From an uncultured Phycisphaerales bacterium (GTDB taxonomy: Bacteria > Planctomycetota > Phycisphaerae > Tepidisphaerales > Tepidisphaeraceae): DNA of 64,000 nt. Shown one piece after another: positions 27,094 through 38,358 of the stretch. The stretch spans positions 3,776,001 to 3,840,000 of the forward strand of contig CAVWVQ010000003.1 in assembly GCA_963758525.1 (NCBI GenBank), given 5' to 3'. The notes under the pieces are model-generated. The model worked only from the letters and a program-made list of their open reading frames with translations. It had not been told where the DNA came from and made no database searches. Position 1 is the stretch's first letter, and the number at the start of each line of letters is the position of its first letter. A program made the position numbers and the translations under genes.

Positions 27094-29987
27094 GGGGAAT
27101 CGCCCTGCGGCCGCTTTGAATTTATCTGAGAAAGGTTATTCGTAAGCGGGTCCTCAGGTGAGCCGTGGTTTACGGTTTCCGTCTCGGCTCCTCCTGAACG
27201 GTCACGAGTCCGCCAAAACCGACCGCTTGTCGCCGGACCGGCTTCAAGCACGATGACGATCGTGTGATCGCGTTCACCTGGAGCCACCGGCGCCTCGAAC
27301 GACGCCGGCGCATAGTCGACTTTCCGGGCTGCGGCCTTTCCGTCAATGTAGACCTCCGCCTTGCCGGCAAAACTCTTGAAGACCACGCGTCCGCCGGCGT
27401 GCTTGATGGCGGCGCTGGGCGTGAACGTTGTGCGCAGCAGTGCATATCGGCCGGCGAGCTTTTGTGTGCTGCCAGGCGCGACGGTCGTGTAAGTATTCAT
27501 GTCAGTCTTGCCGATCTGCTGAGCGGGGTCCGGTTGGGTGTTCGATGCTGGCGATTGCTGCCAATGGCGAAGGAGCGTGACCGGCACTTCAACGGCCACT
27601 GATGCGATCGGTGGGACTTGCGTCAATTTGATCGTGACTGTGGCCGGCTTCAACCCGTCGGCGGCTGCAGTGAGCGTGATCGGCTCGCTGCCATCAGGCG
27701 TCGACTGGAGAATCGCCTGCGCCAGACCGTTATACAAACTGCGCCGATCGGCCTGATCCGACTCGTGACAGATCGGGTCGCCGTTGGCGACACCGATGAT
27801 GCTTCCAGAGCCTGCCGTTTTGAAGATAGCCAGCGGATGAGCGGTGGGAACGACCCGTCCCTGCGCATCGACGGCCTGGACCGTCACCGGCATTGCGTCG
27901 CGGCCGTCGTTTGCCAAAGTCTCGCGATCGGGAATGAGTCGGAGGGCTGCAACTTCGCCCGTTGTCTCGACGTGGCACCGCGAAACTTCTTTTCCGCTCT
28001 TGTAGCCGACGGCCTCCAACTTCCCGGGCGTGTACGGCACGTCCCACGTTGCGGTGACATCAATAGGATCGACCGGCTGACGACCGATCACCTTCCCGTT
28101 CAATGTCAGTTCGACCGCGTCGGCGTTGCAGATCGCCATCACCTTCACAGGCTTGCCCTCGCGGCCCGGCCAGTTCCAGTGCGGGATCAGTTGCAGCACC
28201 GGGCGATCCTTCACCCACTGTGCCTGATGAATATAGAACGCCGCCTTCGGGAAGCCGCACTGGTCCATGATGCCAAAAGAAGAACCGGTTGCCGGCCACG
28301 CCAGCGGCTGCGGCTCGCCGCGGTAGTCGAATCCTGTCCAGATGAATGTTCCCGCGACAAACGGCCTGGTGTCGATCGCTCTCCAGGCCGCACGATGACT
28401 GGCGCCCCAGGGCTGATGCTGGTCGTCATACGAATCGACCACGAATCGCGTCTTCTTGTCAGTGATATACTCGCCGCGGGTCATCACCGCGGAGGTATCT
28501 TCCGAGCTGGTCATCGGCTTCTCAGGATGCGCGGCGTGGTAGTGGTCGTAGTCTCCGTGGCCGTAGTTGAACCCGGCAACATCAGCCGCGAGTGACGCGT
28601 TGATCTTGTTCATCATCGCGCCGCTCTGAGCCGCGGTCACCGGACGCGTCACGTCGAGCTGTTTGACCAGCGCCGACATTTGCCGAACCATTTCATACCC
28701 TTGCTCGGTCCCTTGAAACGGCTCCTCGTTGAAGACCGACCAGAGAATCACGCTCGGGTGGTTGCGGTCGCGCCGAACCATCCATTGCAACTGGCGGACG
28801 TATTCGTCGGTGGTGTTGAAGTTGCGGTTCTCATCCATCACCAGCATTCCAACGCGGTCGGCCGCGTCGAGAAACTCCGCCGCCGGCGCGTTATGCGCAC
28901 AGCGATAGGCGTTTGATCCCATTTCCTTGAGTCGGCGCAGGCGATACTCCCAGAGGGAATCTGGCACCGCCACGCCGATGCCGGCATGGTCCTGGTGGTT
29001 GCAGGTTCCCATCAGCTTCACCGGCCGATCGTTGAGGAAAAAGCCCTTGTCTGCGTCAAACCGGATCGTGCGAAAGCCAACGCGCGTCGTCACCGCGTCG
29101 ATCGCAAGGGCATCGAGCCGCACGGTGGTGCGGACGGTGTACAGCGTCGGCGTTTCGCACGACCACAATTGCGGCGACTCCACCGGCAACTTCATTGTCG
29201 CGATGGAAGTCGAAAACGGATCGACCGAAGCGTCGGTCTGCGACGACGCGACACTTTTCCCGCCCGGATCAAAGAGTTCACCGACGACCGAAACCTTTTC
29301 CGGCCCGACCGCCGAGCTTGCGAGCGTCACCTCGACCGGAACCGACCACTTCCCGTCGGTCCCGCGCACCGGATTCGCGAAAACTCCATCGGTGGCAATG
29401 TGGACCGGGCTCCGCTTCGCGAGCCAGACGTGGCGATAGATGCCGGCCCCCTCATACCACCATCCCTCCTGCGCATCGGCGTCAACCCGGACGGCAACCG
29501 TGTTGAGGTCCTCGCCATACCGGGCAAACGAGGTCATGTCGACGTGGAACGATGTGTAGCCGCACCAGTTGCGCGCCGCGATCAGCCCGTTGATCCACAC
29601 GGTGCAATGGGTCGCCACGCCGTCGAACTGCAGTTCGATGTGTCGCCCGCGATCCGCGGTTTCCAGGCGAAACGACCGCCGATACCAGCCGATGCCGCGC
29701 GCGTGGAAGCCTTGTGAGAGGTTGTTGTGCTCGTCGACCGGCGTCCCCAGCGACCAATCGTGCGGCAGATCAACGGGCTTCCAGAGAGAGTCGTCATAGT
29801 CCAGCGCCGCGGCCCCGCGCGCGGTGCCAGCCTTGGCGTTGTTGTAACTTTCGTTGTGCCCGCTGATCACGGGGAACGGAATATCGCGGGGGTTAAACCG
29901 CCAACCGGCATCGAGCGACAGACGCTCTCGCTGCGACGGCGGCGGGGGCACATCACTGCCAACGGCATTCGGCGCGGTCAACAGCAT
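27069..29987 (-). CDS. Beta-galactosidase (GH2); termini possibly affected by indels (alternative end GFGGLVTVQEEPRRKP* at 27170)
   Basis: EGWWYEGAGIYRHV; GTCNHQDHAG; RDRNHPSVILWSVFNEE; WTGFDYRGEP. Confidence 0.9.
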   Translation of the reverse strand: MLLTAPNAVGSDVPPPPSQRERLSLDAGWRFNPRDIPFPVISGHNESYNNAKAGTARGAAALDYDDSLWKPVDLPHDWSLGTPVDEHNNLSQGFHARGIGWYRRSFRLETADRGRHIELQFDGVATHCTVWINGLIAARNWCGYTSFHVDMTSFARYGEDLNTVAVRVDADAQEGWWYEGAGIYRHVWLAKRSPVHIATDGVFANPVRGTDGKWSVPVEVTLASSAVGPEKVSVVGELFDPGGKSVASSQTDASVDPFSTSIATMKLPVESPQLWSCETPTLYTVRTTVRLDALAIDAVTTRVGFRTIRFDADKGFFLNDRPVKLMGTCNHQDHAGIGVAVPDSLWEYRLRRLKEMGSNAYRCAHNAPAAEFLDAADRVGMLVMDENRNFNTTDEYVRQLQWMVRRDRNHPSVILWSVFNEEPFQGTEQGYEMVRQMSALVKQLDVTRPVTAAQSGAMMNKINASLAADVAGFNYGHGDYDHYHAAHPEKPMTSSEDTSAVMTRGEYITDKKTRFVVDSYDDQHQPWGASHRAAWRAIDTRPFVAGTFIWTGFDYRGEPQPLAWPATGSSFGIMDQCGFPKAAFYIHQAQWVKDRPVLQLIPHWNWPGREGKPVKVMAICNADAVELTLNGKVIGRQPVDPIDVTATWDVPYTPGKLEAVGYKSGKEVSRCHVETTGEVAALRLIPDRETLANDGRDAMPVTVQAVDAQGRVVPTAHPLAIFKTAGSGSIIGVANGDPICHESDQADRRSLYNGLAQAILQSTPDGSEPITLTAAADGLKPATVTIKLTQVPPIASVAVEVPVTLLRHWQQSPASNTQPDPAQQIGKTDMNTYTTVAPGSTQKLAGRYALLRTTFTPSAAIKHAGGRVVFKSFAGKAEVYIDGKAAARKVDYAPASFEAPVAPGERDHTIVIVLEAGPATSGRFWRTRDRSGGAETETVNHGSPEDPLTNNLSQINSKRPQGDSPVAQPSRL

Positions 29988-30014
29988 GCCACCAAACAGA
30001 ATAACGCAATCCGT

Positions 30015-30584
30015 TCACTTCTCGAAATATTGAACGATTCGCGGATTGGCACGGAGCGTCGCGATCGCGTGATGGAGGCGCGACTTGACCGTGCCGGGTG
30101 GGATGTTCAAAGCGAGTCCGATTTCATCGATCGACATGTCGTCGGCGAATCGCATCAGCATTACCTCGCGCTGAGCGTCCGGGAGCGATGCCATCACCGC
30201 GGCCATCTCAGACCGCTGCGCCTCCGGATCCACCTCGGATGGGGCCGTTACATCGGGCGTATTGCGGGAATCGGCAGTGCGCCGGCGCTCTTGAGCGATG
30301 CGGATCGACAGATTCTTCACGACGGGGTAGAGAAATGTGGTCATCCGGGCGGAGAGGCGCAGGCCGGGGAATTTGCCGAGCAAATATGTAAAAGTCTCCT
30401 GCATGACGTCCAGCGCATCGTCGGCATTGCCCGTGAAACGATGGGCCAGCCGGACGATCCAGTCGCGGTGGCGGTAGTAAAGCGTGTCAAAAGCAGAGGC
30501 GTCGCCGCGGTCGATGGCGGCGATGAGCTGCGTGTCGGAACGCGCGTCCGACGATGGGGGGGTTGTCTGGTTTCGATTCGCCAT
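30015..30584 (-). CDS. ECF RNA polymerase sigma factor
   Basis: DALDVMQETF; LPDAQREV; EIGLALNIPPGTVKSRLH. Confidence 0.9.
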   Translation of the reverse strand: MANRNQTTPPSSDARSDTQLIAAIDRGDASAFDTLYYRHRDWIVRLAHRFTGNADDALDVMQETFTYLLGKFPGLRLSARMTTFLYPVVKNLSIRIAQERRRTADSRNTPDVTAPSEVDPEAQRSEMAAVMASLPDAQREVMLMRFADDMSIDEIGLALNIPPGTVKSRLHHAIATLRANPRIVQYFEK

Positions 30585-30753
30585 TTGCTCGCTGTGGTGC
30601 AGGCTTTCGGGAAAGCCGCCGGGCGCGAAGTGCATTTGCCCACGACACCGCCCTCACCCCAACCCTCCCCCGGAGTTTTCCAAGAGGGCGCCACGCCCAG
30701 AGAGAGTCAAAAGGGGTTGCGTCCGGCATTGGGTAGCGTCTCTTTTCACAGCA

Positions 30754-30803
30754 GAAATGTCCAAGGCCCAATGGCCAACAAAGCCCCAAGGTCCAAGTGC
30801 CAG
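30754..30803. repeat. CCAA-heptamer element (single arm)
   Basis: gaaatgtccaaggcccaatggccaacaaagc is the exact reverse complement of 46083-46113. Confidence 0.8.
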
Positions 30804-30943
30804 GGGAGGGGGAAAAAACAGCCTCGCGGGACGTGTCACGCACCCCGACGTGCCGTCATGCTTCCTCGCTTGTGCGTCCTCGCTCTTGACTTTCACCGAT
30901 AAAGCGCCAGAATTCCGCTCTTTTCGTCAGCGGAGATTCTTCA

Positions 30944-31255
30944 ATGTACGCGATCATCCAGGAAGGCGGCCGGCAGTTCAAAGTCACCAGCGGGGACACC
31001 ATCCGCATTGACCGTCCGCCGCAGGACGACGTCAAGAACATCACATTCTCGGAAGTTTTGCTGGTTGGCGGCGACGGCGCTGCCAAGATCGGCGCTCCCA
31101 TGGTTGCCGGCGCGACGGTCACGGCCGATGTCATCGGACCGGTCAAAGGCGTGAAAGTCCGTAGCGTAAAGTACCGCCGCCGCAAGGGATATCATAAGAC
31201 GGTGGGGCATCGACAGAAGTACCTTGCCGTTAAGGTGACGGGGATTAACCTGTGA
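30944..31255 (+). CDS. rplU: 50S ribosomal protein L21
   Basis: MYAIIQEGGRQFKV...KYRRRKGYHKTVGHRQKY. Confidence 0.97.
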   Translation: MYAIIQEGGRQFKVTSGDTIRIDRPPQDDVKNITFSEVLLVGGDGAAKIGAPMVAGATVTADVIGPVKGVKVRSVKYRRRKGYHKTVGHRQKYLAVKVTGINL

Positions 31256-31289
31256 CGGACGGGTCGCCGATGCGATGCCGTTCATGCGC

Positions 31290-31613
31290 AAACCCGAATG
31301 ACGAAAACCGAAACCCGAATCAAAGAATCAAATCCGAATGACGAATGTCGAATGACCGAAACGGGAACTCGACCATCTCGTGCCTGAAACAGCGGCGCAT
31401 CTGGCCGTGCTTTTAGGCGCTCAACACCAGCCTGAATCACTGAACCTTCGGGCGAATCGCCGCATCGACTGACGTGTGCGTACGGTGTGCGTTCGAACGG
31501 GCATGACTATTGGGGGAAATTTGGAATACCAACTCAGTTTCGACCATTCGTCATTCGGGTTTCGGATTTGATTCATTTGATTCGGGGATTCGGGTTTCGT
31601 CATTCGGATTTCG
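31290..31613. repeat. Inverted repeat with ~72-bp arms built from CGAA-containing heptamers
   Basis: Left aaacccgaatgacgaaaaccgaaacccgaatcaaagaatcaaatccgaatgacgaa; right arm 31538-31613 is its near reverse complement. Confidence 0.85.
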
Positions 31614-31681
31614 TGAAAGCCCGCCCTCTTCCCAGCACCTGTAAAGACCAAGAAACGCCCCAGCACCTCCGCCCGCGCAAT

Positions 31682-31718
31682 AAAAAACGGCCGACACACA
31701 TCGTGCGTGCCGGCCGTT
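31682..31718 (-). terminator. Rho-independent terminator downstream of the HAD gene
   Basis: Minus strand aacggccggcac...gtgtcggccgtttttt: GC stem followed by a T run. Confidence 0.65.
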
Positions 31719-31776
31719 CGAGCCTGCGAATCCTTTCGCTACATCCGTGAGACGATCGAAGAGTCTGGCGATTTCC

Positions 31777-32652
31777 TTATAGCCGCGGTTCCTCCCGCAA
31801 TGGCTCGACTTTTTGTTCTGCGATCAGCTCCTCTAAAAACGCTGCAAGTCCGTCCTCCCGATTGCTTCCGATGATGCGCTTCGCGACCGCCTTCACTTCC
31901 GGTCTGGCGTTGCCCATGGCTACTCCCAGTCCGGCGTTGCGGATCATCGGGATGTCGTTCACATCATCGCCGATCGCGATGATCTGCTCCGCGTCGATCT
32001 GATGCCGGCGGGCGACGTGCATGACGCCTTCCCATTTGTTCACTGCCGGGTCGAATATTTCCATGACTTCCATTCCCGCCGACGGCACCGACAGGTTCTG
32101 CGAAAAGATTCGCTCGCCGAACCGTGCGATCAACTGCTCGCGTACCGTTGCCAATTGCTCTGTCGTGGCGACGATGCCGACCCGCACGGTGTGCTCGTGC
32201 GAATAATTTCCCAGCAAGGGCACGCGATGCACCACCGCATCGGTCAATTCCATCCAGACGGCCGTCGGTACGTTCAGCGGCAAGTCGCCGCTGACCAGAT
32301 AATCCACGCCAGCGGTCCCCTTGTCCTGCAGCGCCAGGACCGCGTGGCCCGTCGACTCCAGAAACTCGCAGACTTCCGCCGCCAGCGTCGGCTCCATCAT
32401 CGTTCGATGCAGCGTGACACACTGATGCGTATCAATCACCATCGCGCCGCCGGCGAACACCGCTGTTGCGTAATGCTCGACGGCATCCAGCACCATCCGG
32501 CTCTCGGTCCAGTTGCGCCCGGTGGCGAAACAGACCAGCAGACCGGCCTGCAACGCGCAATGCACCGCCGCCTTGGCTCGCGGAGTGACATGCCCGCCGG
32601 GCGACAGCAGCGTGCCGTCCAAATCAATTGCAATCATTCGATACTGAGGCAT
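31777..32652 (-). CDS. Cof-type HAD-IIB hydrolase
   Basis: IDLDGTLL; ATGR; NKWEG; IGDDVNDIPM; GVAMGNA. Confidence 0.92.
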   Translation of the reverse strand: MPQYRMIAIDLDGTLLSPGGHVTPRAKAAVHCALQAGLLVCFATGRNWTESRMVLDAVEHYATAVFAGGAMVIDTHQCVTLHRTMMEPTLAAEVCEFLESTGHAVLALQDKGTAGVDYLVSGDLPLNVPTAVWMELTDAVVHRVPLLGNYSHEHTVRVGIVATTEQLATVREQLIARFGERIFSQNLSVPSAGMEVMEIFDPAVNKWEGVMHVARRHQIDAEQIIAIGDDVNDIPMIRNAGLGVAMGNARPEVKAVAKRIIGSNREDGLAAFLEELIAEQKVEPLREEPRL

Positions 32653-32778
32653 TTACGCAACTGTCTGCAACGACGTACGGAAAATATCAATCCTCAGACG
32701 CATTGCAAGAAAAAACTGCTCAGACGACACAATTAGTTGATGGCGGTGGATAACTCCGCACAACTGGTGGTGCAACCC

Positions 32779-35002
32779 TCATTTTTCGGTGTCGGCTGCC
32801 TTCTTGCGGACAATGAGCATCGAAGTGGAGCAGGCCTCTGCAATACGCTCGGAACGCCAGCCGAACAGGTGCGACGCCAGACCCCATTCTCCCGAGACTC
32901 CGATCACGATCAGATCGAAGTCGTGCGACGCTTCGAGAACCGCGTCGACGGGATATTGGCTCTCGACGACGCGGACGTGCACCGGCACCGGCTGCGTCGG
33001 GTCGTTGAAGACCCGGTCAATCACGGTACTGGCATGGAGCGAATCGCCGGTCACCCGCTGAGGAGCCACGATATGGAGCGCGGTAATTTCGGCCTTGGCT
33101 TCCCGCGCCAGTCTGCCCCCAAGTTCCAGAGCGAATCGATCGTGTTCGCTGCCCAGGTAGGGAATTAAAACACGCTGCGCGCCTAAAAACCCGCGATCGA
33201 CAAAGACCGCCGCGTCGGCCGGCGTTTCCTGCAAAATTCGGTGGACGGTTCCGCCCAGAATCGTTTTGCCGAACACCGGCCGGTGGAAGCCCGTCAGCAC
33301 CAGATCGACGCCAGTATCTTTCGCAACACGAGCGATGTCGTGCGGCACGTCGCGGGTGACAAACGAGATCGGCTCGACCTTCACGTGATTCTTGTTGGCA
33401 TGATCGAGCAGCGGTCGAAGCGGATCAGCCAGCGGCTCAGCAAGCCCGCTGCGAAATTCCTCGCGATCGTCAGCCCGGCGAAGATGCAGTGCGACGATAC
33501 GTCCCTCTTCCGAGGTCGCGCCCACCAGCATCTCCGCGATGCGAAGCAACGGCCCGCCGCTGCGCGGATCGGCAACCGGTATGAGGACCGAGTAGTTGCG
33601 CTGCTCTGAGGCCTTCCGCGGCGCAACCAGCCGTCTCGCGGGATAGACCCAGTGCAGCAGCGGCGTGGTCATGAATGTGGTCAGCAGGGCCATCAGCACC
33701 ATGATGGCAAAAACAGCGTCGGTGATGATGTGAAGCTGCAGGCCGACCGTGAGGATCACCAGTTCCATGAGGCCGCGCGTGTTCATCAGCACGCCCATCG
33801 CCCCGGCTTCGCGCCAGTCGCTGCCGAAGAGTTTGGCGGGAATCGCCGTTCCCAATAGCTTCCCCGAGCAGGCCAGACCGATGATGATCGATGCGTACAC
33901 CCAAAGCTGCGGGCTGTTCAGCAAGCCGATCCGCGTCTGCAGGCCGGCATACGCGAAGAAGACCGGCAGCAGAAACACGACCGTGAAATCCTCCAGCTTC
34001 TCCGTCACGTGATGAACGAAGCGGGTTCCCTTCGGCATGACGCAGCCGATCAGAAACGCTCCGAACATCGCGTGAATGCCGATGGCTTCCGTCGCCCATG
34101 CCGAGCCGAGCACCAGCAGGAAGATCACCGCCACCAGATTCTGCGACAGCCGGTTCTGGCGCTCGTAAACTTGCTCCAGCCGCCGAAGAAACGGACGAAT
34201 GACCAAAAAGATCACCGCCGCAAATGCCGCGGCGAGCACCAGCGTCCGGATCGCCGTTTTGGCTCCACTCCCCGCGGAGTGGGCAACCCCCACGACAAAC
34301 GCCAGCATGACCCACGCAGCCACATCGTTGACCGCCGCGCACGCGATTGCGATCGTCCCCAGATGAGTCTTCTGCAGGTTTCGTTCAGCCAGAATGCGCG
34401 CCAGCACCGGGAATGCGGTCACGCTCATAGCCGCCCCGAGGAACATCGCCGCGGCAAATCGCTTTTCTCCAGAAGGATCCTCAAAAAGACTTGTGTGGTA
34501 GAGGGTTAATGTCATCCCAGCGCCCAACACGAATGGCGTTGCGATGCTCGCCAGCGCGGTCACGACGGTTGATTTCCCCCGGTTTCGCACCAGATTTGGA
34601 TCCAATTCCAGTCCGATGAGAAACAGGAAGAAGATGATCCCAATCTGGCTGAGGATGTTGAGCAGCACCACGCTCTCAGGCGGGAACAACTGGCGCTGCA
34701 GGCTCGGGGCGAGCCAGCCGAGCAGGCTTGGCCCCAGCATGATGCCGGCGACCATCTCCCCGACGACCTGCGGCTGGCGCATTCTCGCGAACAGAATCCC
34801 CATCACCCGGCTCAGTCCGAGGATGAGCCCCACCTGCACCAGCAGGAGCAGCACCTGGTTTTCAGGATTCCGCGGGGGTAAATGCGCTCGCAGTGGTGGG
34901 GTGCGACAAAGCTCCCAAAGCCGATGCCGCCATGGGCGCCGCGGCAATCCAAATGGCCGTCAGAAAGGTCGCGAGGCTGGGGAAGCGTGTGGCATTTCGC
35001 AT
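32779..35002 (-). CDS. CPA2 cation:proton antiporter with C-terminal USP-like domains; N-terminus frameshifted near 34865
   Basis: QPQVVGEMVAGIMLGPS; SVTAFPVLARIL; MNTRGLMELV; signal-like MRNATRFPSLATFL in the adjacent frame from ATG 35002. Confidence 0.88.
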
Positions 35003-35241
35003 CTCGGCCGGATCACGGCGGCGACAACTTAGCACGCAGTGCCCGTGGACGGAACCGCCCGTCCCTGACGTATGTGCAAAAATCCGGAAGCCGCTTGGCC
35101 CCAGCAGAAAGTGTTCAACGAACAACGGCCAACACTAGACCGTGCCGGCCTCGGCGCGGATGCAGCAATAAAACTTTTTTCGGGCAAACAAACCCGGTGC
35201 GCCTGCATGTGTCCGGCTATAATCGCCGACCGGGGAGTGCG

Positions 35242-35780
35242 ATGGCTTATCGACTGATCGAAAAGCAGGTCATTTATCGTGGACAGAAGGTCCAATTAGA
35301 GCTGCACCGGCTCGAAAACGAAGCCACGGAAAAACGCCATACCCGGGAGGTGTGCGTACATCCCGGCGCGGTGCTGGTGCTCGGCCTGCTAGATGATCAA
35401 AGATTGTTATTGATTCGTACCTTTCGCTATGCGATTGGGCAATATCTTTACGAATTGCCCGCCGGTACTTTGGAAAAGGGTGAAGACCCGCTCAACTGCG
35501 CGGGCGCGAGCTGCTGGAAGAAACGGGGTATCTGGCGGGTCGCCTGCAACCGCTCATGACATTTTACACATCGCCGGGAATCCTCAGCGAGAAGATGTAT
35601 GTTTTCACGGCGTATGATTTGCAGTTATCGCAAACGGCGTTGGAAGAGGGCGAAGACATCGTCGTTCACCCCGTGGCGTTTGACGATGCGATTGCGATGA
35701 TTCGCGACGGTCAGATTCAGGATGCCAAGACGGTCGCAGCCTTGTTGTTCTACGCCAGTTTTCGAAGGGACTCACACTGA
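35242..35780 (+). CDS. Nudix hydrolase (ADP-ribose pyrophosphatase-like), frameshifted near 35505
   Basis: HPGAV; ELPAGTLEKGEDPLNCAG|RELLEETGY; FYTSPG; IQDAKT. Confidence 0.88.
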
Positions 35781-35805
35781 CACGGAAAAGGCTGGTCGCT
35801 TTTCA

Positions 35806-36852
35806 ATGGCCTGGGAAGACCGTCGATCTTATCGCGATCCGATCCGTCCGACCGGAAGGTACTGGGCGGTTCTGAACGGCACGGTGCCGCTTCTGCCGGT
35901 GCGCGGGGTGCGTGTGCGACTGCATTCCACGTTTGTCCTGCTGTGCGCGATCATTCTGCTTGCAGGGCCGGTGCGAAATTCATCCTGGCAGATTCGCCTG
36001 GAATGCATCGCCGCGCTGTTCGTGGCCGCCATCTGCCACGAGTTGGCGCATCTGCGGGGGCGGCGCTGGTACGGAGAGGCCGGCAGAGATCGGGTGGTCC
36101 TCACGCCGATTGGCGGGATGCCGGCCGTCAGCTCCCGCTGGCGGCTGCCCTCTATCTTGGGGCTTCTCGCCGGCCCGGCGGCAAACCTTCTGATTTGCGG
36201 CGCATGCCTGGCCGCGCTGGTCGCTCTCCGCCATCCCCCGCCGAATCCCACCCACTTCGTATCGTACCCATTCACTCGCTGGCGCGATCCGGTGTTTCAT
36301 CTCGGCTGGCTCTATTCCGTGAGCCTGCTGCTGCTGGTGATCAATCTGCTTCCCTTTTTCCCATTGGATTTCGGGCAGGTGGTGCATGTGGTTCTCGCCC
36401 GGCGGCGCGGATTCGAAGTCTCCGTCCGCGTCATGAGCGGGTTTTCCATCATCGGGTCCATCGTGCTGGCGATCCTGGGGATCGGGATGCAGAACTGGCT
36501 CGTGGTTGCCGCTGCCGTGACGTGCCTCCTCTTCTCGGTCGGGCTGTTCCTTCGCTGGATGCGCGAAGTGTCTGGCGCGGTGGAGTTATCCGAAGGCCTG
36601 GATGATTCGTACATGAGCGGGTTGCTCGTCGCCGAGCCCCGGCCCAAGCGGCATCGCCGCCGGCTGAGCCGCTGGGCGGTCCGCCGGCTGCGCCGCATGG
36701 CGCATCAGGAAGAGCTGGACCAACTGCACGTCGACAGAATTCTCGCCAAGGTCTCGAAGCTGGGGCTCAAGAGCCTGACGTGGAACGAACGCCGCGAATT
36801 GCGCCGCGCGACCAGCAGACAGCGCCTCGGCGAGGGCGACGAGACGATATAA
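35806..36852 (+). CDS. Site-2 protease (M50) family with DUF6576-like tail
   Basis: HELAH; LAGPAAN; NLLPFFPLDFG; VDRILAKVSKLGLKSLT. Confidence 0.82.
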   Translation: MAWEDRRSYRDPIRPTGRYWAVLNGTVPLLPVRGVRVRLHSTFVLLCAIILLAGPVRNSSWQIRLECIAALFVAAICHELAHLRGRRWYGEAGRDRVVLTPIGGMPAVSSRWRLPSILGLLAGPAANLLICGACLAALVALRHPPPNPTHFVSYPFTRWRDPVFHLGWLYSVSLLLLVINLLPFFPLDFGQVVHVVLARRRGFEVSVRVMSGFSIIGSIVLAILGIGMQNWLVVAAAVTCLLFSVGLFLRWMREVSGAVELSEGLDDSYMSGLLVAEPRPKRHRRRLSRWAVRRLRRMAHQEELDQLHVDRILAKVSKLGLKSLTWNERRELRRATSRQRLGEGDETI

Positions 36853-36912
36853 GCCCAGTTCTTTTCGGAGCAATACCAGGGCAACCAGGCGAAGGCGCGG
36901 AATTCGCCGTGA

Positions 36913-37677
36913 TTACAGTGGCTGAGAGATTCGCTGAGGGCCCGGGAGCATCCCTTCTGGAACCAGCTCAAGCGGGTGATCTCGCGTCAGCTTCATCACC
37001 TTGTCCTCGCCAACGAGTTCAATCGCACGGTTCAATCCCCTGATTCGGACCGGCAGCGTTTCGATGTTGTGCGTGTCGGAGCCGAGCATGAAATAGCGAT
37101 CCTCGAGCAAATACCGTTCGGCCAGCTCGCGCGTCGCTGCCCGGGGCGGGTCGCCGAAGCATTGAAGATTGCCTTGGAGCAGCAAGCCCATGTCCGCAAA
37201 GCGGTCGGCCAGCTCCGGTTGCAACTGAATCGCCCGAACGCGCTCCGGATGCGCGAGCACCACCGTCAATCCAAGCGATTGCAGCCAGCGAATCGATGGC
37301 TCGAAAAACTGCGGCAGCCGGTCTGCCCAAAAATCCACCAGCACGTGCTTGCGCGCCATCGCGTAGGTGACGACCTCCGCCGGCGGGGTTTTGATGAAAT
37401 CCGGCCGAAGATTCAGCTCGCCGCCGGCAATGAGCCGCAGCGGAACCGCCGCGGCATCAAATGCCGCCTGCAGCTTCGCAACGTGCGGCGCGATGTTGCC
37501 GATCGTGTTGTCCGGAAAGCTCGGCCAGATGTGCGGCGTGCAGAAGCTGTGCGTATAGCCCGCCTTCACCAACTCTCGCGCGCAGGCGATCGACTCCTCG
37601 ACCGTGGCGCATCCGTCGTCGATCCCCGGCAATAAGTGCGAGTGAACGTCAAAACGTCCGATCCGGGTCGCGTCCAT
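36913..37677 (-). CDS. CpsB/CapC-family PHP tyrosine phosphatase
   Basis: DVHSHLLPGIDDG; CTPH; AHPER; GSDTH. Confidence 0.9.
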   Translation of the reverse strand: MDATRIGRFDVHSHLLPGIDDGCATVEESIACARELVKAGYTHSFCTPHIWPSFPDNTIGNIAPHVAKLQAAFDAAAVPLRLIAGGELNLRPDFIKTPPAEVVTYAMARKHVLVDFWADRLPQFFEPSIRWLQSLGLTVVLAHPERVRAIQLQPELADRFADMGLLLQGNLQCFGDPPRAATRELAERYLLEDRYFMLGSDTHNIETLPVRIRGLNRAIELVGEDKVMKLTRDHPLELVPEGMLPGPQRISQPL

Positions 37678-37682
37678 GCTCT

Positions 37683-38297
37683 TCAAGGCCTTTCGCTTTG
37701 CTTTCTCATCGCCACGGTGCAATCGCCGTGCAAATAATCCTGATACACATCGACGCGATCGGTCATCGTGTGGGCAAACTGCACCACATCCGCCACGGAT
37801 CGCCAGTACAGATACAACTTTCCCGCCAGCGCCGGCGACGAGAGAAAATTGAAGACGACTGCATCGCCGCTCGCCATGAAAGCATGTCTCAGCGTGGAGC
37901 GAAACTCCCGGTCGCTCAGTGTGTTCAGAGATCCGCTGAAGACGATCACTTCCGCGCCGACGCACAAACGCAGCGGCTCCGATACAAAATCCCCGCGCAG
38001 GATGCGCGATCGTTCATGGGAGCATTGCTCGGCGGCGCGGGCCAGCGCCTCGACGGCTTCGAGCCCGATATATTCGAACGGAACCACGCCGCGGTCCAAC
38101 AGAAACTTCAGCAGATCCGCCCGGCCGCATCCCGCGTCGAGCACCACGCGTCCGTGCAGCGGAGCCGCCCGCTCGATCGCCGCGAAACGCGCCCGCTGCG
38201 TCTTCGGACTCGCCCACAGCAGCGACCGAAAGCCGCCGCCATGCTCAGCGGCGGCATCGAGATACGGTGCAAGATAAGGTTCGACGTCCGTAGGCAT
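37683..38297 (-). CDS. Class I SAM-dependent methyltransferase
   Basis: QRARF; VLDAGCGRADL; SGSLN; DYLHGDCTV. Confidence 0.85.
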   Translation of the reverse strand: MPTDVEPYLAPYLDAAAEHGGGFRSLLWASPKTQRARFAAIERAAPLHGRVVLDAGCGRADLLKFLLDRGVVPFEYIGLEAVEALARAAEQCSHERSRILRGDFVSEPLRLCVGAEVIVFSGSLNTLSDREFRSTLRHAFMASGDAVVFNFLSSPALAGKLYLYWRSVADVVQFAHTMTDRVDVYQDYLHGDCTVAMRKQSERP

Positions 38298-38358
38298 TGG
38301 CTCTCGCCGGTTGCGGCCGATTGTAGGAGCGACCGCTTCGATTCTCAAAATGCGTCCC

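Noticed and set aside
29987..30017. Sigma-factor stop in frame with the GH2 gene (possible readthrough fusion)
   Set aside because: Small indels in the GH2 signal-peptide region explain it more simply; a sigma-secreted enzyme fusion is implausible.
30944..31255. rplU without downstream rpmA
   Set aside because: Separation of these genes occurs in some lineages; nothing else suggests disruption.
31290..31613. Possible CRISPR array
   Set aside because: No constant repeat with unique spacers; degenerate heptamers in inverted orientation and no cas genes.
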